Below, piece after piece: positions 48,229 to 57,188 of a stretch of 64,000 nucleotides of DNA (positions are counted from its first letter, which is position 1; each line of letters begins with the position of its first letter). Below the pieces are notes generated by a model. It did not search any database. It saw only the letters and a program-made list of their open reading frames with translations, and was not told the origin of the DNA. The stretch comes from an uncultured Muribaculaceae bacterium (GTDB taxonomy: Bacteria > Pseudomonadota > Alphaproteobacteria > Rs-D84). Position numbers and translations under genes: made by a program. Where the stretch lies: NCBI GenBank assembly GCA_964619545.1, contig CAZUED010000003.1:163-64162 (forward strand), read 5' to 3'.

Positions 48229-48378
48229 ATGAAAAAAGCATTATTGTTGGGATTTGCAGTTTTAACATTGGCTGCTTGCACAGGTTCTTATAAATCTGGA
48301 AATTGCGAATATGATTTCTTGCTGCACAAAGACATCTCGATTTCCAAAGTAATTGGCAACGCAACAGGCGGCTGCTAA
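48229..48378 (+). CDS. small lipoprotein (49 aa)
   Basis: RBS aaggagaaaataaATG; MKKALLLGFAVLTLAACTG..., lipobox LAAC; followed by a terminator. Confidence 0.45.
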   Translation: MKKALLLGFAVLTLAACTGSYKSGNCEYDFLLHKDISISKVIGNATGGC

Positions 48379-48391
48379 AAATTAGAATAAA

Positions 48392-48422
48392 TAAAACGCG
48401 GCGGTTGCCGCGTTTTATTTTA
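48392..48422. terminator. bidirectional rho-independent terminator
   Basis: aaaacgcggcggttgccgcgttttatttt. Confidence 0.75.
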
Positions 48423-48519
48423 TCACTGCTGATTTTATCAAGGATAAGTCTTCTTTAATTCCGTCTATTTTTAATTGCAGCTGACCAATACCCGATTCCA
48501 GAATTGTTGTTCTGTTTTC

Positions 48520-48745
48520 CAGCGTGGTTATGCGGGCATCAGATTTTTTATTTTTTCCATCTCTTCGTTTGACAGCATAGATTGCATATCAAATGCAGCT
48601 GCAATAAAAGATTGTTCTTGAATATCGTATGGGTTGGAAGTTTTTTTGTCAGCCAATTTCTTTTCAACAACTGCTATCAATTCTTTTTTATGTTTTTCAA
48701 ACATCCGAGTGGCATTTATAGATTCTGCAACTTTTTTTCAATCAT
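48520..48745 (-). pseudogene. small minus-strand ORF interrupted at an A7/T7 homopolymer
   Basis: MPLVLTDD then a stop at tgattgaaaaaaag. The downstream frame continues KKVAESINATRMFEKHKKELIAVVEKKLADKK...NLMPA, so a 1-nt indel would fuse them. Confidence 0.3.
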
Positions 48746-48819
48746 CTGTAAGCACTAATGGCATAATTCATCCTTTGTAGTACAGGTCAATTATACTTTT
48801 AAATAATGAGTTTTCAATA

Positions 48820-49656
48820 TTAAATCCTAAACTCGGTTTTTGCCTGGACGGGACGCAAAGTTTGACCAAGTGGACGAACCGGGGCTGCGTTCAGGTCCAG
48901 CGCCCCAGCAATCGCGTCCAGACCGTCATCGTGCCCCGAATCGCCCATCGGCGTCCAACCCAGCATTTCAGACAGCAATGGAGTCGCCTGAATTCTTTGG
49001 TGGGCCCAAATACGACCCGTCGTCAGTAGTGGCTCTACCGCGTTCAGAATCCGAGATTCCTTGCGCGTGTGATTTATGATTTTTTGGATAACAACAGATT
49101 GGTCGTGTTTTTTTGCGACTTCGCGCAAAATCTCGGGCAAGGCGTTTCCCAGCCCATTTACTTCTATCCCGATTATATGCGCGCCATGTATTTTCATAAA
49201 TCCCAAAACTTTCTCGCACTGAGTCGCCAGTGGATGCAAATCATTGTCATCCACAATCAAGTACCGAACATCATGAATAAATGCGCGCCGATTTTTATCG
49301 TCTCGGTAAAGCAAGACACATACACTGGAATCGGCCCCTTTACGCCCGCCTGATGGATCCCAATAGCACGATACGCCCGTTATCAAAAATTCTTTATCAA
49401 TTCCCAGTTTCGCTGTGCGAGCATCAAACTCTCCGTCATAAAAATAAAGCGCGCCTGGATCCAGCCGCGCTTTATCTTCCGAAATATATTCCAGCATCAT
49501 TTGACTGGAAAAATGACGTGGTCCGACCGTTTCCCTTAATTCTTCTATTTTTTCCAGTGGAAAAATATCTGGCCATGCAGGTATGCCGCCAGAATCAATT
49601 ATCGGTAGGCGGAATAATTGGTATCCGCGTAAAAATGGCAAGGTCTGTTCATTCAT
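48820..49656 (-). CDS. phage terminase large subunit, C-terminal nuclease domain fragment
   Basis: RNase-H-like terminase nuclease pattern VSCYWDPSGGRKGADSSVCVLLYRDD...IHDVRYLIVDD...HIIGIEVNGLGNALPEILRE. Only 278 aa and no ATPase domain. Confidence 0.65.
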   Translation of the reverse strand: MNEQTLPFLRGYQLFRLPIIDSGGIPAWPDIFPLEKIEELRETVGPRHFSSQMMLEYISEDKARLDPGALYFYDGEFDARTAKLGIDKEFLITGVSCYWDPSGGRKGADSSVCVLLYRDDKNRRAFIHDVRYLIVDDNDLHPLATQCEKVLGFMKIHGAHIIGIEVNGLGNALPEILREVAKKHDQSVVIQKIINHTRKESRILNAVEPLLTTGRIWAHQRIQATPLLSEMLGWTPMGDSGHDDGLDAIAGALDLNAAPVRPLGQTLRPVQAKTEFRI

Positions 49657-49726
49657 GGGAAAATAAAAAAAACGCGCTATGCGCGTCTGTTTGATGCCTC
49701 AATTATATCAAATTTTTCATAAAAAA

Positions 49727-51268
49727 TCAATCTAAAAATGGAACGTCAGCCATATCAGGCACTTCGGCATTACCATTGCTTGCGCTAGCAGGTGCAGAAT
49801 AAGATGGTTCTTCCGATTGATAACCTTCATCCAAATCATCAAACAAAGAATATTCCCCACTGAATTTCAGTTTAATCGTTTCTGGTTTTCCATGACGATT
49901 TTTACCGATAATCAATTCGGCCTTACCGCGTGATGCGTCCAGACGCTTGCGCCAATTGTCTGCCTTGTTGGTTGTAAATTTTTCGGAATGGTCACCGACA
50001 ACATCAGATGGATCGCGACCCTGCAAGTAATACTCTTCACGATAAGTGAACATAACAATGTCGGCATCTTGTTCAATAGACCCAGATTCGCGCAAGTCCG
50101 ACAGCAATGGTCGTTTGTCATCGCGTGATTCGACTGCGCGGGAAAGCTGAGACAGCGCGATAACCGGCGCATCCAATTCCTTGGCCAACATTTTCAGACC
50201 CCGGGTGATTTCTGATAATTCATTAACACGGCTGTCGTTTTTACGAAGAGTTGGTGACTGCATCAACTGCAAATAATCGATAACGATAAGTGCAATACCG
50301 CCATGCTTACGGGCAATACGGCGTGCGCGTGCGCGCATCATAGGGACACTCATCCCCGGGGTATCATCAACCAGCAAAGGAACATTAGATAGTGCATCAG
50401 AATACTGCGACATCCGCAGAAACTCTTGATCATTCAGGCTGCCGTTACGCATAGAACTGGATGGAATTTTCGCCTGGGACGACAGAACGCGAGCCGCCAG
50501 TTGAGATGCTGACATTTCAAGGCTGAAAAACACGACCGCGCCACGATACTTTTTATTTGCGCGATTTGCCATAATTGCGCTGGCCGCGTTAAAGGCAATA
50601 TTCATCGCAACCGTGGTCTTTCCCATAGCAGGACGACCAGCAATTATTACCAAATCAGACTTGTGCAATCCGCTGATAGATTTATCCAAATCACGCAGAC
50701 CTGTGGTCAGACCCGATAATTTTCCATCGGCCTTATAAGCAATTTCGGCTTCTTCTAATGCAACGCGAAGTGCCGCCCCCAGTGGAGATGCCCCGCGGTC
50801 GGACGATCCGGTGGTGGATAAATCAAACAGTTTTTGTTCGGCTATTTCTATTTGTCTGTCTACCGGATTGTCTAAATCTTCGACAAATGCCGAATCGGTA
50901 ATGTTTTGACCTATATTAATCAGGTGACGCCGCAAAGCATTATCATAAACTATTTTGGCATAGCTTTCTATATTTACAACAGATGCGCCGGCACTCGCCA
51001 GTTCTGACAAATACTCGACCCCGCCGACAGAATCAAGAACACCTTGTTGTGTCAGATAGTTTTTTGCCGTAATGATGTCAAATGGGATTCCGGCGGCGAA
51101 TTGCTTTTCGGCAAGTTTAAAAATCTCTTGGTGGGCGGGATGAGTAAAATGTTCAGAGTGTAAAAAATCGCTGACTTTTTCCAGTGCGCGGTTGTTCATC
51201 AAGACTGCTGCCAGCACGGCTTGCTCAGCTTCCAAATTAGTCGGTAAAGACTTGGGAGTAAAATCCAT
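49727..51268 (-). CDS. dnaB: replicative DNA helicase DnaB
   Basis: N-terminal DnaB domain (EAEQAVLAAVLMNNRALEKV); Walker A GRPAMGKTTVAMN; RecA-like core; acidic C-terminal tail. Confidence 0.9.
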   Translation of the reverse strand: MDFTPKSLPTNLEAEQAVLAAVLMNNRALEKVSDFLHSEHFTHPAHQEIFKLAEKQFAAGIPFDIITAKNYLTQQGVLDSVGGVEYLSELASAGASVVNIESYAKIVYDNALRRHLINIGQNITDSAFVEDLDNPVDRQIEIAEQKLFDLSTTGSSDRGASPLGAALRVALEEAEIAYKADGKLSGLTTGLRDLDKSISGLHKSDLVIIAGRPAMGKTTVAMNIAFNAASAIMANRANKKYRGAVVFFSLEMSASQLAARVLSSQAKIPSSSMRNGSLNDQEFLRMSQYSDALSNVPLLVDDTPGMSVPMMRARARRIARKHGGIALIVIDYLQLMQSPTLRKNDSRVNELSEITRGLKMLAKELDAPVIALSQLSRAVESRDDKRPLLSDLRESGSIEQDADIVMFTYREEYYLQGRDPSDVVGDHSEKFTTNKADNWRKRLDASRGKAELIIGKNRHGKPETIKLKFSGEYSLFDDLDEGYQSEEPSYSAPASASNGNAEVPDMADVPFLD

Positions 51269-51371
51269 GTCTCAAACCATACAACACGAATTTTAATTTG
51301 CAATGATTTTTCTTGCTTTGTTATAAAAAAAAAACTACTCTGTTTGTCAATAAGAACAAGAGGATTCAGTC

Positions 51372-52388
51372 ATGGCATGGGAAGAAATCTGTTTTCCAAA
51401 TAACCTTAGAAATATAAGGTTGTCGCGCGGAATGCGTATGACCGAAGTCGCCAAAAAATCCGGCCTTTCGCTGTCAGCAATGTCCAAGGTTGAAAAGGGG
51501 GTGCGCCGGTTAAAACAAAGTCAACTGATGCAGCTTTGCACAATTCTGGACTGCAAGTTGGCCGACATCTTTATAAAGGCTGACGATGAAAAGGCTACCA
51601 AATGGCAATCTGAAATGCAACGTCGCTTGACTGAAAATGAAACCGCTGGTTTGAAGGTATTTGGTGCGGGGATACGGGTTTTACGCCGTGAAGTTGGTAA
51701 GACTATCGCCCAGGCGGCCCATGATGCTAAGATGACGCTAAGCGTATATCACAAGATAGAAACTGGCCAGCGAGAGGTTTATGAAAACGAAATAGAAAAT
51801 TTGGCAAAGGCAATGGGTAAATCGATTGATGAAATGTTCAAGGCAATCGCAGGACTTTATAATTCTGGTGCGCTGAACAGACAAATCGACAAGGCCGAAG
51901 AACGTGTTCGCGAAGCGCTGAAAGTTGGTAAGTCCGAATCTAATTTAGATATGGGCAGCGCGATTTATGGCGCAACGGTTTATGATTCTGTGCGGAAAAA
52001 TTTGGTTCCGGTATATGGAACCGCGAATGGAAAAAATATAGTATTTATGAAATCTGATGACAATATGCTGCCACCATTGCCAAAGATAAAAAGCGGCAGT
52101 GGGATATATGCTGTTCAGGCACCTGCTGGTCGGTTGGGACCGCTGTTTCCGCACAAATCACATTTGCTTGCAAATCCTGGTATAATGCCTGTGGCTGGTG
52201 ATTTAGCGGTTTTGTTTGATGATGATTACGAAAATATCGAGCCTCGTACCCAGGCGACCGCACGGATTGTCATGCTGAAAGAGGATAAAAATGGCACGCT
52301 AATCGGTGTTCAGTCTTATCCAGAAGAGAAAATACAGATAAAGAACGGCAAAAAGCGACTGCATAAAATTGTGCAGATTGTCTGTTAA
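51372..52388 (+). CDS. XRE-family transcriptional regulator with two HTH domains and a LexA/CI-like S24 peptidase C-terminus
   Basis: Two HTH_XRE blocks (LRNIRLSRGMRMTEVAKKSGLSLSAMSKVEKG; LRREVGKTIAQAAHDAKMTLSVYHKIETG). The C-terminal region FMKSDDNMLP...AGDLAVLFDD...IVMLKEDKNGTLIGV resembles the LexA Ser/Lys autoprotease fold. Confidence 0.6.
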   Translation: MAWEEICFPNNLRNIRLSRGMRMTEVAKKSGLSLSAMSKVEKGVRRLKQSQLMQLCTILDCKLADIFIKADDEKATKWQSEMQRRLTENETAGLKVFGAGIRVLRREVGKTIAQAAHDAKMTLSVYHKIETGQREVYENEIENLAKAMGKSIDEMFKAIAGLYNSGALNRQIDKAEERVREALKVGKSESNLDMGSAIYGATVYDSVRKNLVPVYGTANGKNIVFMKSDDNMLPPLPKIKSGSGIYAVQAPAGRLGPLFPHKSHLLANPGIMPVAGDLAVLFDDDYENIEPRTQATARIVMLKEDKNGTLIGVQSYPEEKIQIKNGKKRLHKIVQIVC

Positions 52389-52411
52389 TAATTTGTAAAA
52401 TAGAGAGAGAA

Positions 52412-53047
52412 ATGAGAGAACTGACTTCCATAATAGCGCAGCGCTTGTTGAACTTGTATCGCCAGGCTCATGTGATTGATGGCGGCTGGGCAGCTGTTAA
52501 TAAGGCATTGTTGGCCGAGGCAGATAATGAAGTTCTGGCCGATTTGCAAAAATTGCCGAACGGGGGAAAGTTGGTTCAGCATATAAAAAATTTGCAATCT
52601 GGAAAAACGGAAGTCAGCGGAATAGAACGCGAAGTTATACCATATGGTGGTAAGATGGACAGCGCGGTAAAGGCAACGCAAATTTCCAACAAGGATTTGA
52701 AAGAGTTAGAATCTGCGCTGGCAGAATTTCAATCAGACGAAGAACATATTGAAAAAATTAAAAATTTATCATTTGTTCAATCTTTTGGTGAAAAGTGGAT
52801 TTCCGGGGTTCGGTCATCATTATCTGGCAAGCCAGAGTTAGAGAAAAAATGGCTTGAAGTTTCCAGATCCGCACGGGCATATGATTTATGGAATAAAGCC
52901 TATGCCGTTTTAATTCCGCCAGTTTCGGACAGAGCACGTGCCGAGATTCAGGCAGAATTATCTGAATATGAAACTTATCTGCCGATGTTTGGCGAAGACG
53001 GAACGCAACTTTTATCGCGACTCCGCTCATTTGTAAGCAGTTTGTAA
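52412..53047 (+). CDS. hypothetical protein
   Basis: 211-aa ORF with no motif; followed by terminator aaaaaaacgcggtggttccccgcgtttttt. Confidence 0.45.
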   Translation: MRELTSIIAQRLLNLYRQAHVIDGGWAAVNKALLAEADNEVLADLQKLPNGGKLVQHIKNLQSGKTEVSGIEREVIPYGGKMDSAVKATQISNKDLKELESALAEFQSDEEHIEKIKNLSFVQSFGEKWISGVRSSLSGKPELEKKWLEVSRSARAYDLWNKAYAVLIPPVSDRARAEIQAELSEYETYLPMFGEDGTQLLSRLRSFVSSL

Positions 53048-53074
53048 AAAAAACGCGGTGGTTCCCCGCGTTTT

Positions 53075-53731
53075 TTAATTTTCAACCTTATAAATTGTGT
53101 CAACTGCATGTGGTGTGCCGATATAAATCATGGTGCCGCTAGGGGAAAGAATAAAGTCCAGTTCCCGCAGACGCATGCGTAACATTTCTCGTTTTTGAGA
53201 AGTATTGCTGGTGTTGGGAACTTCCACGTCATCGCAGATAATCATATCGGCGCGCTGACCTGTTATATTTCCATGAATACCTTGGCAGACTACAGAAGGT
53301 TCCCGAATTCCAACTTGGCGCGAGATTGTAATTTTATGCATTCCCCATTCTTTTTTAACGTTTGGCAATAAATCTCGGCATTCTGGATGATTTTCCAGAA
53401 TATGTTTTATATGTGACACCATTCTTGATGCCAGATTGGATTCTGCAGAAAGAATAAGTATACGTGTTTGTGGTCTTATAGAAAGTACCCATGCGGCGAA
53501 AATGCCAACAACTGATGATTTTCCTGAATGTCTAAATGCCAATAAAAGCGCCCGACGGGGCGGATTTTCAAGGCTGTTTACCAGAAATCTCAAAATGTTT
53601 TTATGATGTGTTGGTGTTTCCATTCCCAGTATCTGGTTCCATGCATCTAAAAAATTTTTCGCGGATTCATAAAGTTCCATAATCATCAATACTTTCACTG
53701 GGGCCTGTATCTGCCGGGGTTCCATAATCAT
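53075..53731 (-). CDS. phage terminase large subunit, N-terminal ATPase domain fragment
   Basis: Walker A-like RHSGKSSVVG; Walker B/catalytic ADMIICDDVE; coupling motif IYIGTPH. Only 218 aa and no nuclease domain. Confidence 0.65.
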   Translation of the reverse strand: MIMEPRQIQAPVKVLMIMELYESAKNFLDAWNQILGMETPTHHKNILRFLVNSLENPPRRALLLAFRHSGKSSVVGIFAAWVLSIRPQTRILILSAESNLASRMVSHIKHILENHPECRDLLPNVKKEWGMHKITISRQVGIREPSVVCQGIHGNITGQRADMIICDDVEVPNTSNTSQKREMLRMRLRELDFILSPSGTMIYIGTPHAVDTIYKVEN

Positions 53732-54215
53732 TTATCATTCGCGGCATGGCAGTACTCAGCACTGATAAAAGATTATTATAAAGCCCCAGTGCAGCGCCTC
53801 CACCAGTTTTATCTTCTATTAATTCTTTAATGACATCCATCTGATGCACGACATTGTCATGAATATTTTGCCACTGGGCAATACTGATTTCAACTGAGTT
53901 TAAATCTCGGAAAGCCTCTAGTATAAAATTAAAATCTGCGTTCAGGTTTTCGGGATCAATTTTTGCAGCTGGCTGATAATCGATAAAGCGGGATAGACTT
54001 ATCTTGCGAAATATATCTATACGAGAATTTTGCACGGGTGGATTTGCAAAAGAAATTATTCCACCAATCATATTCTCATCATATTGCAAATTATATTCAG
54101 TAGAATCCAAAATAACTTCATTGATTGCCACATGAACGTCTAATGGCTGAAAAAAAGGAAAAGCAAAGGCAAAGCAATATGCTTCGCCGTCACCGACATA
54201 AGAAATCTTGTACAT
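53667..54215 (-). CDS. T7 gp17-like tail-fibre N-terminal (tail-attachment) domain only
   Basis: KISYVGDGEAYCFAFAFPF...VHVAINEV...YNLQYDE...ISLSRFIDYQPAAKI...LNADFNFILEAFRD parallels T7 gp17 residues ~10-150 (YQLDGSNRDFNIPFEY...VVVTLIG...DYRF...LRRVTSTTDRLVDFTDGSIL...LNVAQIQTMHVAEEARD). No distal fibre. Confidence 0.5.
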   Translation of the reverse strand: MYKISYVGDGEAYCFAFAFPFFQPLDVHVAINEVILDSTEYNLQYDENMIGGIISFANPPVQNSRIDIFRKISLSRFIDYQPAAKIDPENLNADFNFILEAFRDLNSVEISIAQWQNIHDNVVHQMDVIKELIEDKTGGGAALGLYNNLLSVLSTAMPRMINDYGTPADTGPSESIDDYGTL

Positions 54216-54232
54216 TTTATAACCTTTGTTTG

Positions 54233-54580
54233 TCAGGCAATCAATCCATCCAGTCTGGAAATGAATGATTTCAACAGATTGGATTTTGGTGTTTTTATTT
54301 TATAAAGCTTGTCCAGATTGGATTTCTTTTTTTCATCAAATGGTTCTTCGGTTTCTTCACGCAGTCTTTTCAGAACAGCCTCTTCGGTCATTCCTTTATT
54401 TGTCATTCCTGCGCTGCCGTATTTTGCACGTTGTGCGGCTAATGTTTTTTTTACCAGATTGATTTTTGCTTTTTCATCCGCCGCAATTTTTTCTAAAATT
54501 CTTTTTCGTTCTGACACGTTTTCTTTTTTGTCTTGTTTTTGATTTAAGATGTCTGTGACATCTGATACAAGTTGTCCCAT
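54233..54580 (-). CDS. hypothetical Lys/Glu-rich protein in the phage module
   Basis: 115-aa charged ORF; no motif. Confidence 0.4.
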   Translation of the reverse strand: MGQLVSDVTDILNQKQDKKENVSERKRILEKIAADEKAKINLVKKTLAAQRAKYGSAGMTNKGMTEEAVLKRLREETEEPFDEKKKSNLDKLYKIKTPKSNLLKSFISRLDGLIA

Positions 54581-54590
54581 TTTTTTCTCC

Positions 54591-56315
54591 TTAGATTAAA
54601 TACCAGCCTTCTACTGATATGCCCAGTATGCTTACAGGTAATGGTTCGCTACCCGATATAGTCCAAAGAGGACAGGTAGTATCGTCAATTGTTCCCAATG
54701 AACCTACAGAAACATCTCCGCAGTATCCAGGCGAGTCTACACCAAGTGCATCATTTGGAAGTTGTGCACGAACTGCATTTATAAATAAAGATTTGGTATT
54801 CAGGCATCGTGCGGAAATTTTATGCACTCGAATTTTTTTCGGAGCTCGTCCACTGGCGAATAAAGGCATCGCAGCAGCCGTATGTGAAAATCCGAATTGA
54901 CCAGAATCAAGAGTTTCTGCTGCTGAAAATTTTTCTATGAATACGCCTGATTCGCGCGCGACTATTACAAATGTTTCACCATTCAGCACAGCGACAGATT
55001 TGAATGATCCCAGTGTTTTGTAGATGCCCCAGGCAGAAATTTCCAATGCCGAGTTTTTATTCAGTACTGCCATGGAACCATCTGTCATCACCACAAACAA
55101 CTGGCGTGTTTTATCATTATATGCCAGATCCACGGGATGCTTCATCAAGTGACCGGAAATCGCGCACAAGTTTGGTGCATTGTAGTTTTCACCTAACTCA
55201 TCCATAATCATTTCTCTGATTTCGTTGCCACCTTTGGAAACAAAAATAGTGCTGCGGTCTATCTTTTGTGGCTGCAGATAAATCGAAGAAATACTTCCTG
55301 CATTGGTATGTTGTCTGATGTCCATGGATGATGGAGTTAATGGTTTTGCGCTGATTGCCCATTCGCCTGCTGTGGTTAAAATTTGTAAATTATCGCTGGA
55401 TACAACCGTGCAAATTTGTTGGCGTGCAGATGAAAGCAGTGTCAGAAAAATGGCTTGGTCATCCAATCCTGTTTCAGCATTAAAGTTTTGATGATCACCA
55501 ACGCATGACATCCAAACCCCACATGGCCACGCGCGCGAACCCCCAAATACCAATCGGTCCTGATGAAAAGTGATGCTGCGTGGCCATCCGCGGCGGACAC
55601 CAAATGCGGCTTCGCGCCAATCAGAAATTGCCGCACTGGGCAGCGAGTAAGTTCCATTAGTGTATGCAACGATAGTGGTAGAATTTACATACTCGTAAAT
55701 GACCCATTGCTTACCCATCAAGTAAAGTCTGCCATTGAGATTTTCAGGTGTCCAAAAAGCGGCACTGGCAGTAAAAGTAGCATAGTTATTCCCATTCGCA
55801 TTACTTGATACAGAAATTTTTATACCAGCTGCATCGTCAAATTTCATAAATGGCATATTTCGTGACATATCATCGTTTGTTGAAAAATCAAATGTGGACA
55901 GATAAAACGCGCCACCTGTTTTTTTCAGAACTCGTGGCTGAAAATCCTGATGCACGAAAATCATGGTATCAAAACGTTGCGCATATTGCATGTTACACAA
56001 TGCATCCGCGCCCCAAGGCGAGATCAAGGCCTGGACCATATTCTGACCATCATAAATTTTCATCTGACCATCAGAAATAGCCAGCATATAATTTTCTGAA
56101 TCGGAAATAGAAAAAGGAATCAAAATTGCACCATTTTTTGTCGCAGCAATCCGAATTGTTCCATTCCGCCGTGAAATAGCCCCCGATGCCAAGACATCCA
56201 TATTTTCCATACGCGACAAGCCGCGGGATGAAACATCCAAATCACCACGCGCAAAAAATTCTGGCGATACTTCCCCCAATGCGAAAGAGTTCTGATTGTG
56301 AATAAATTTTCCCAT
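54591..56315 (-). CDS. T7 gp12-like tail tubular protein B (nozzle), shorter than T7 gp12
   Basis: N-terminus MGKFIHNQNSFALGEVSPEFFARGDLDVSSRGLSRMENM parallels T7 gp12 MALISQSIKNLKGGISQQPDILRYPDQGSRQVNGWSSETEGL. Position immediately after the gp11-like gene. Confidence 0.5.
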   Translation of the reverse strand: MGKFIHNQNSFALGEVSPEFFARGDLDVSSRGLSRMENMDVLASGAISRRNGTIRIAATKNGAILIPFSISDSENYMLAISDGQMKIYDGQNMVQALISPWGADALCNMQYAQRFDTMIFVHQDFQPRVLKKTGGAFYLSTFDFSTNDDMSRNMPFMKFDDAAGIKISVSSNANGNNYATFTASAAFWTPENLNGRLYLMGKQWVIYEYVNSTTIVAYTNGTYSLPSAAISDWREAAFGVRRGWPRSITFHQDRLVFGGSRAWPCGVWMSCVGDHQNFNAETGLDDQAIFLTLLSSARQQICTVVSSDNLQILTTAGEWAISAKPLTPSSMDIRQHTNAGSISSIYLQPQKIDRSTIFVSKGGNEIREMIMDELGENYNAPNLCAISGHLMKHPVDLAYNDKTRQLFVVMTDGSMAVLNKNSALEISAWGIYKTLGSFKSVAVLNGETFVIVARESGVFIEKFSAAETLDSGQFGFSHTAAAMPLFASGRAPKKIRVHKISARCLNTKSLFINAVRAQLPNDALGVDSPGYCGDVSVGSLGTIDDTTCPLWTISGSEPLPVSILGISVEGWYLI

Positions 56316-56842
56316 TAGAACCTCGTTGATATAAGTGAAAAGTCAGGTATGTCATTGCTGGGTGACACAGTGCTGTCTATGAATTTTGCCGCGCGCAGCT
56401 CGGATTCAAACAATGCTGCAATGGTGCGTAATAAATTCTGGTCGCCGGTCAATGGCATACAGAATTCCCGTGCAAGTTGCAATGCAGCGACATTTGAAAA
56501 ATATGAAGGATAATTTTCTGGTCCCATTCGCACAACAGCAGTGATTGAAATTTTATCGGCCGGTGCAGAAATTCTGTTCCCGCTAGTTTGATAAAGCAAG
56601 CAATCACAATCCAAAACACGAAGAATTTCTACTGGCAAAAGAAAATCACCATCTGTGGTCTTGCTTAAATTGAATTTTTTCTGGGCAAATTTCCACGGAT
56701 GCGACGCCAGCAAAGAATCAATCGTAGTATCAAATAGGGTCTTTGCGACTTTGGCTGCAGCACTATCGTCGTTAAAAGACTGAATGGGATTTTCACCAAT
56801 TTTCAATAAAGCAATAGAACACAGATCAATTTTAGTAAGCAT
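56315..56842 (-). CDS. T7 gp11-like tail tubular protein A (gatekeeper/adaptor)
   Basis: DLCSIALLKIGENPIQSFNDDSAAAKVAKTLFDTTIDSLLASHPWKFA parallels T7 gp11 [50 protein letters not shown]. Confidence 0.6.
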   Translation of the reverse strand: MLTKIDLCSIALLKIGENPIQSFNDDSAAAKVAKTLFDTTIDSLLASHPWKFAQKKFNLSKTTDGDFLLPVEILRVLDCDCLLYQTSGNRISAPADKISITAVVRMGPENYPSYFSNVAALQLAREFCMPLTGDQNLLRTIAALFESELRAAKFIDSTVSPSNDIPDFSLISTRF

Positions 56843-56865
56843 GGGGAACTCCTGACTTTTAACTT

Positions 56866-57150
56866 TTATGCCAAAGCACTGGTTGTTACATTCTGGGATG
56901 TGATGTTAATTTTTTTGATTACGGTGTTGTCGGAAGCATTGATAATTACAATGTCGCCAATATTCATCAAAGTGCGGACCGGATTAAAAAAACCAGTAGT
57001 ACTGATGGTCGCAATACTTTCTTGGGCGGCATAGTGCCACAGAGTAAATCCATTTGCATACGCAATAACGGACAAGTTTTTGTTTTGGAAATACATGAAA
57101 AACTCCATTGTTTGAGGGATGAAGGAGGAAGTTTGAGGTAAAAAAATCAA
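56866..57150 (-). CDS. hypothetical small protein between the capsid and tail-tube genes
   Basis: 94-aa ORF; no motif. Confidence 0.35.
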   Translation of the reverse strand: MIFLPQTSSFIPQTMEFFMYFQNKNLSVIAYANGFTLWHYAAQESIATISTTGFFNPVRTLMNIGDIVIINASDNTVIKKINITSQNVTTSALA

Positions 57151-57188
57151 TAAAACTAAAACCTAATCCTTCATCCCTCATTCTTTAA

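Noticed and set aside
49727-51268. Intein inside dnaB or terminase as an explanation for the split terminase
   Set aside because: The intervening DNA contains complete independent genes on both strands with their own terminators, not an in-frame intein or homing endonuclease. DnaB is of normal length with no insertion.
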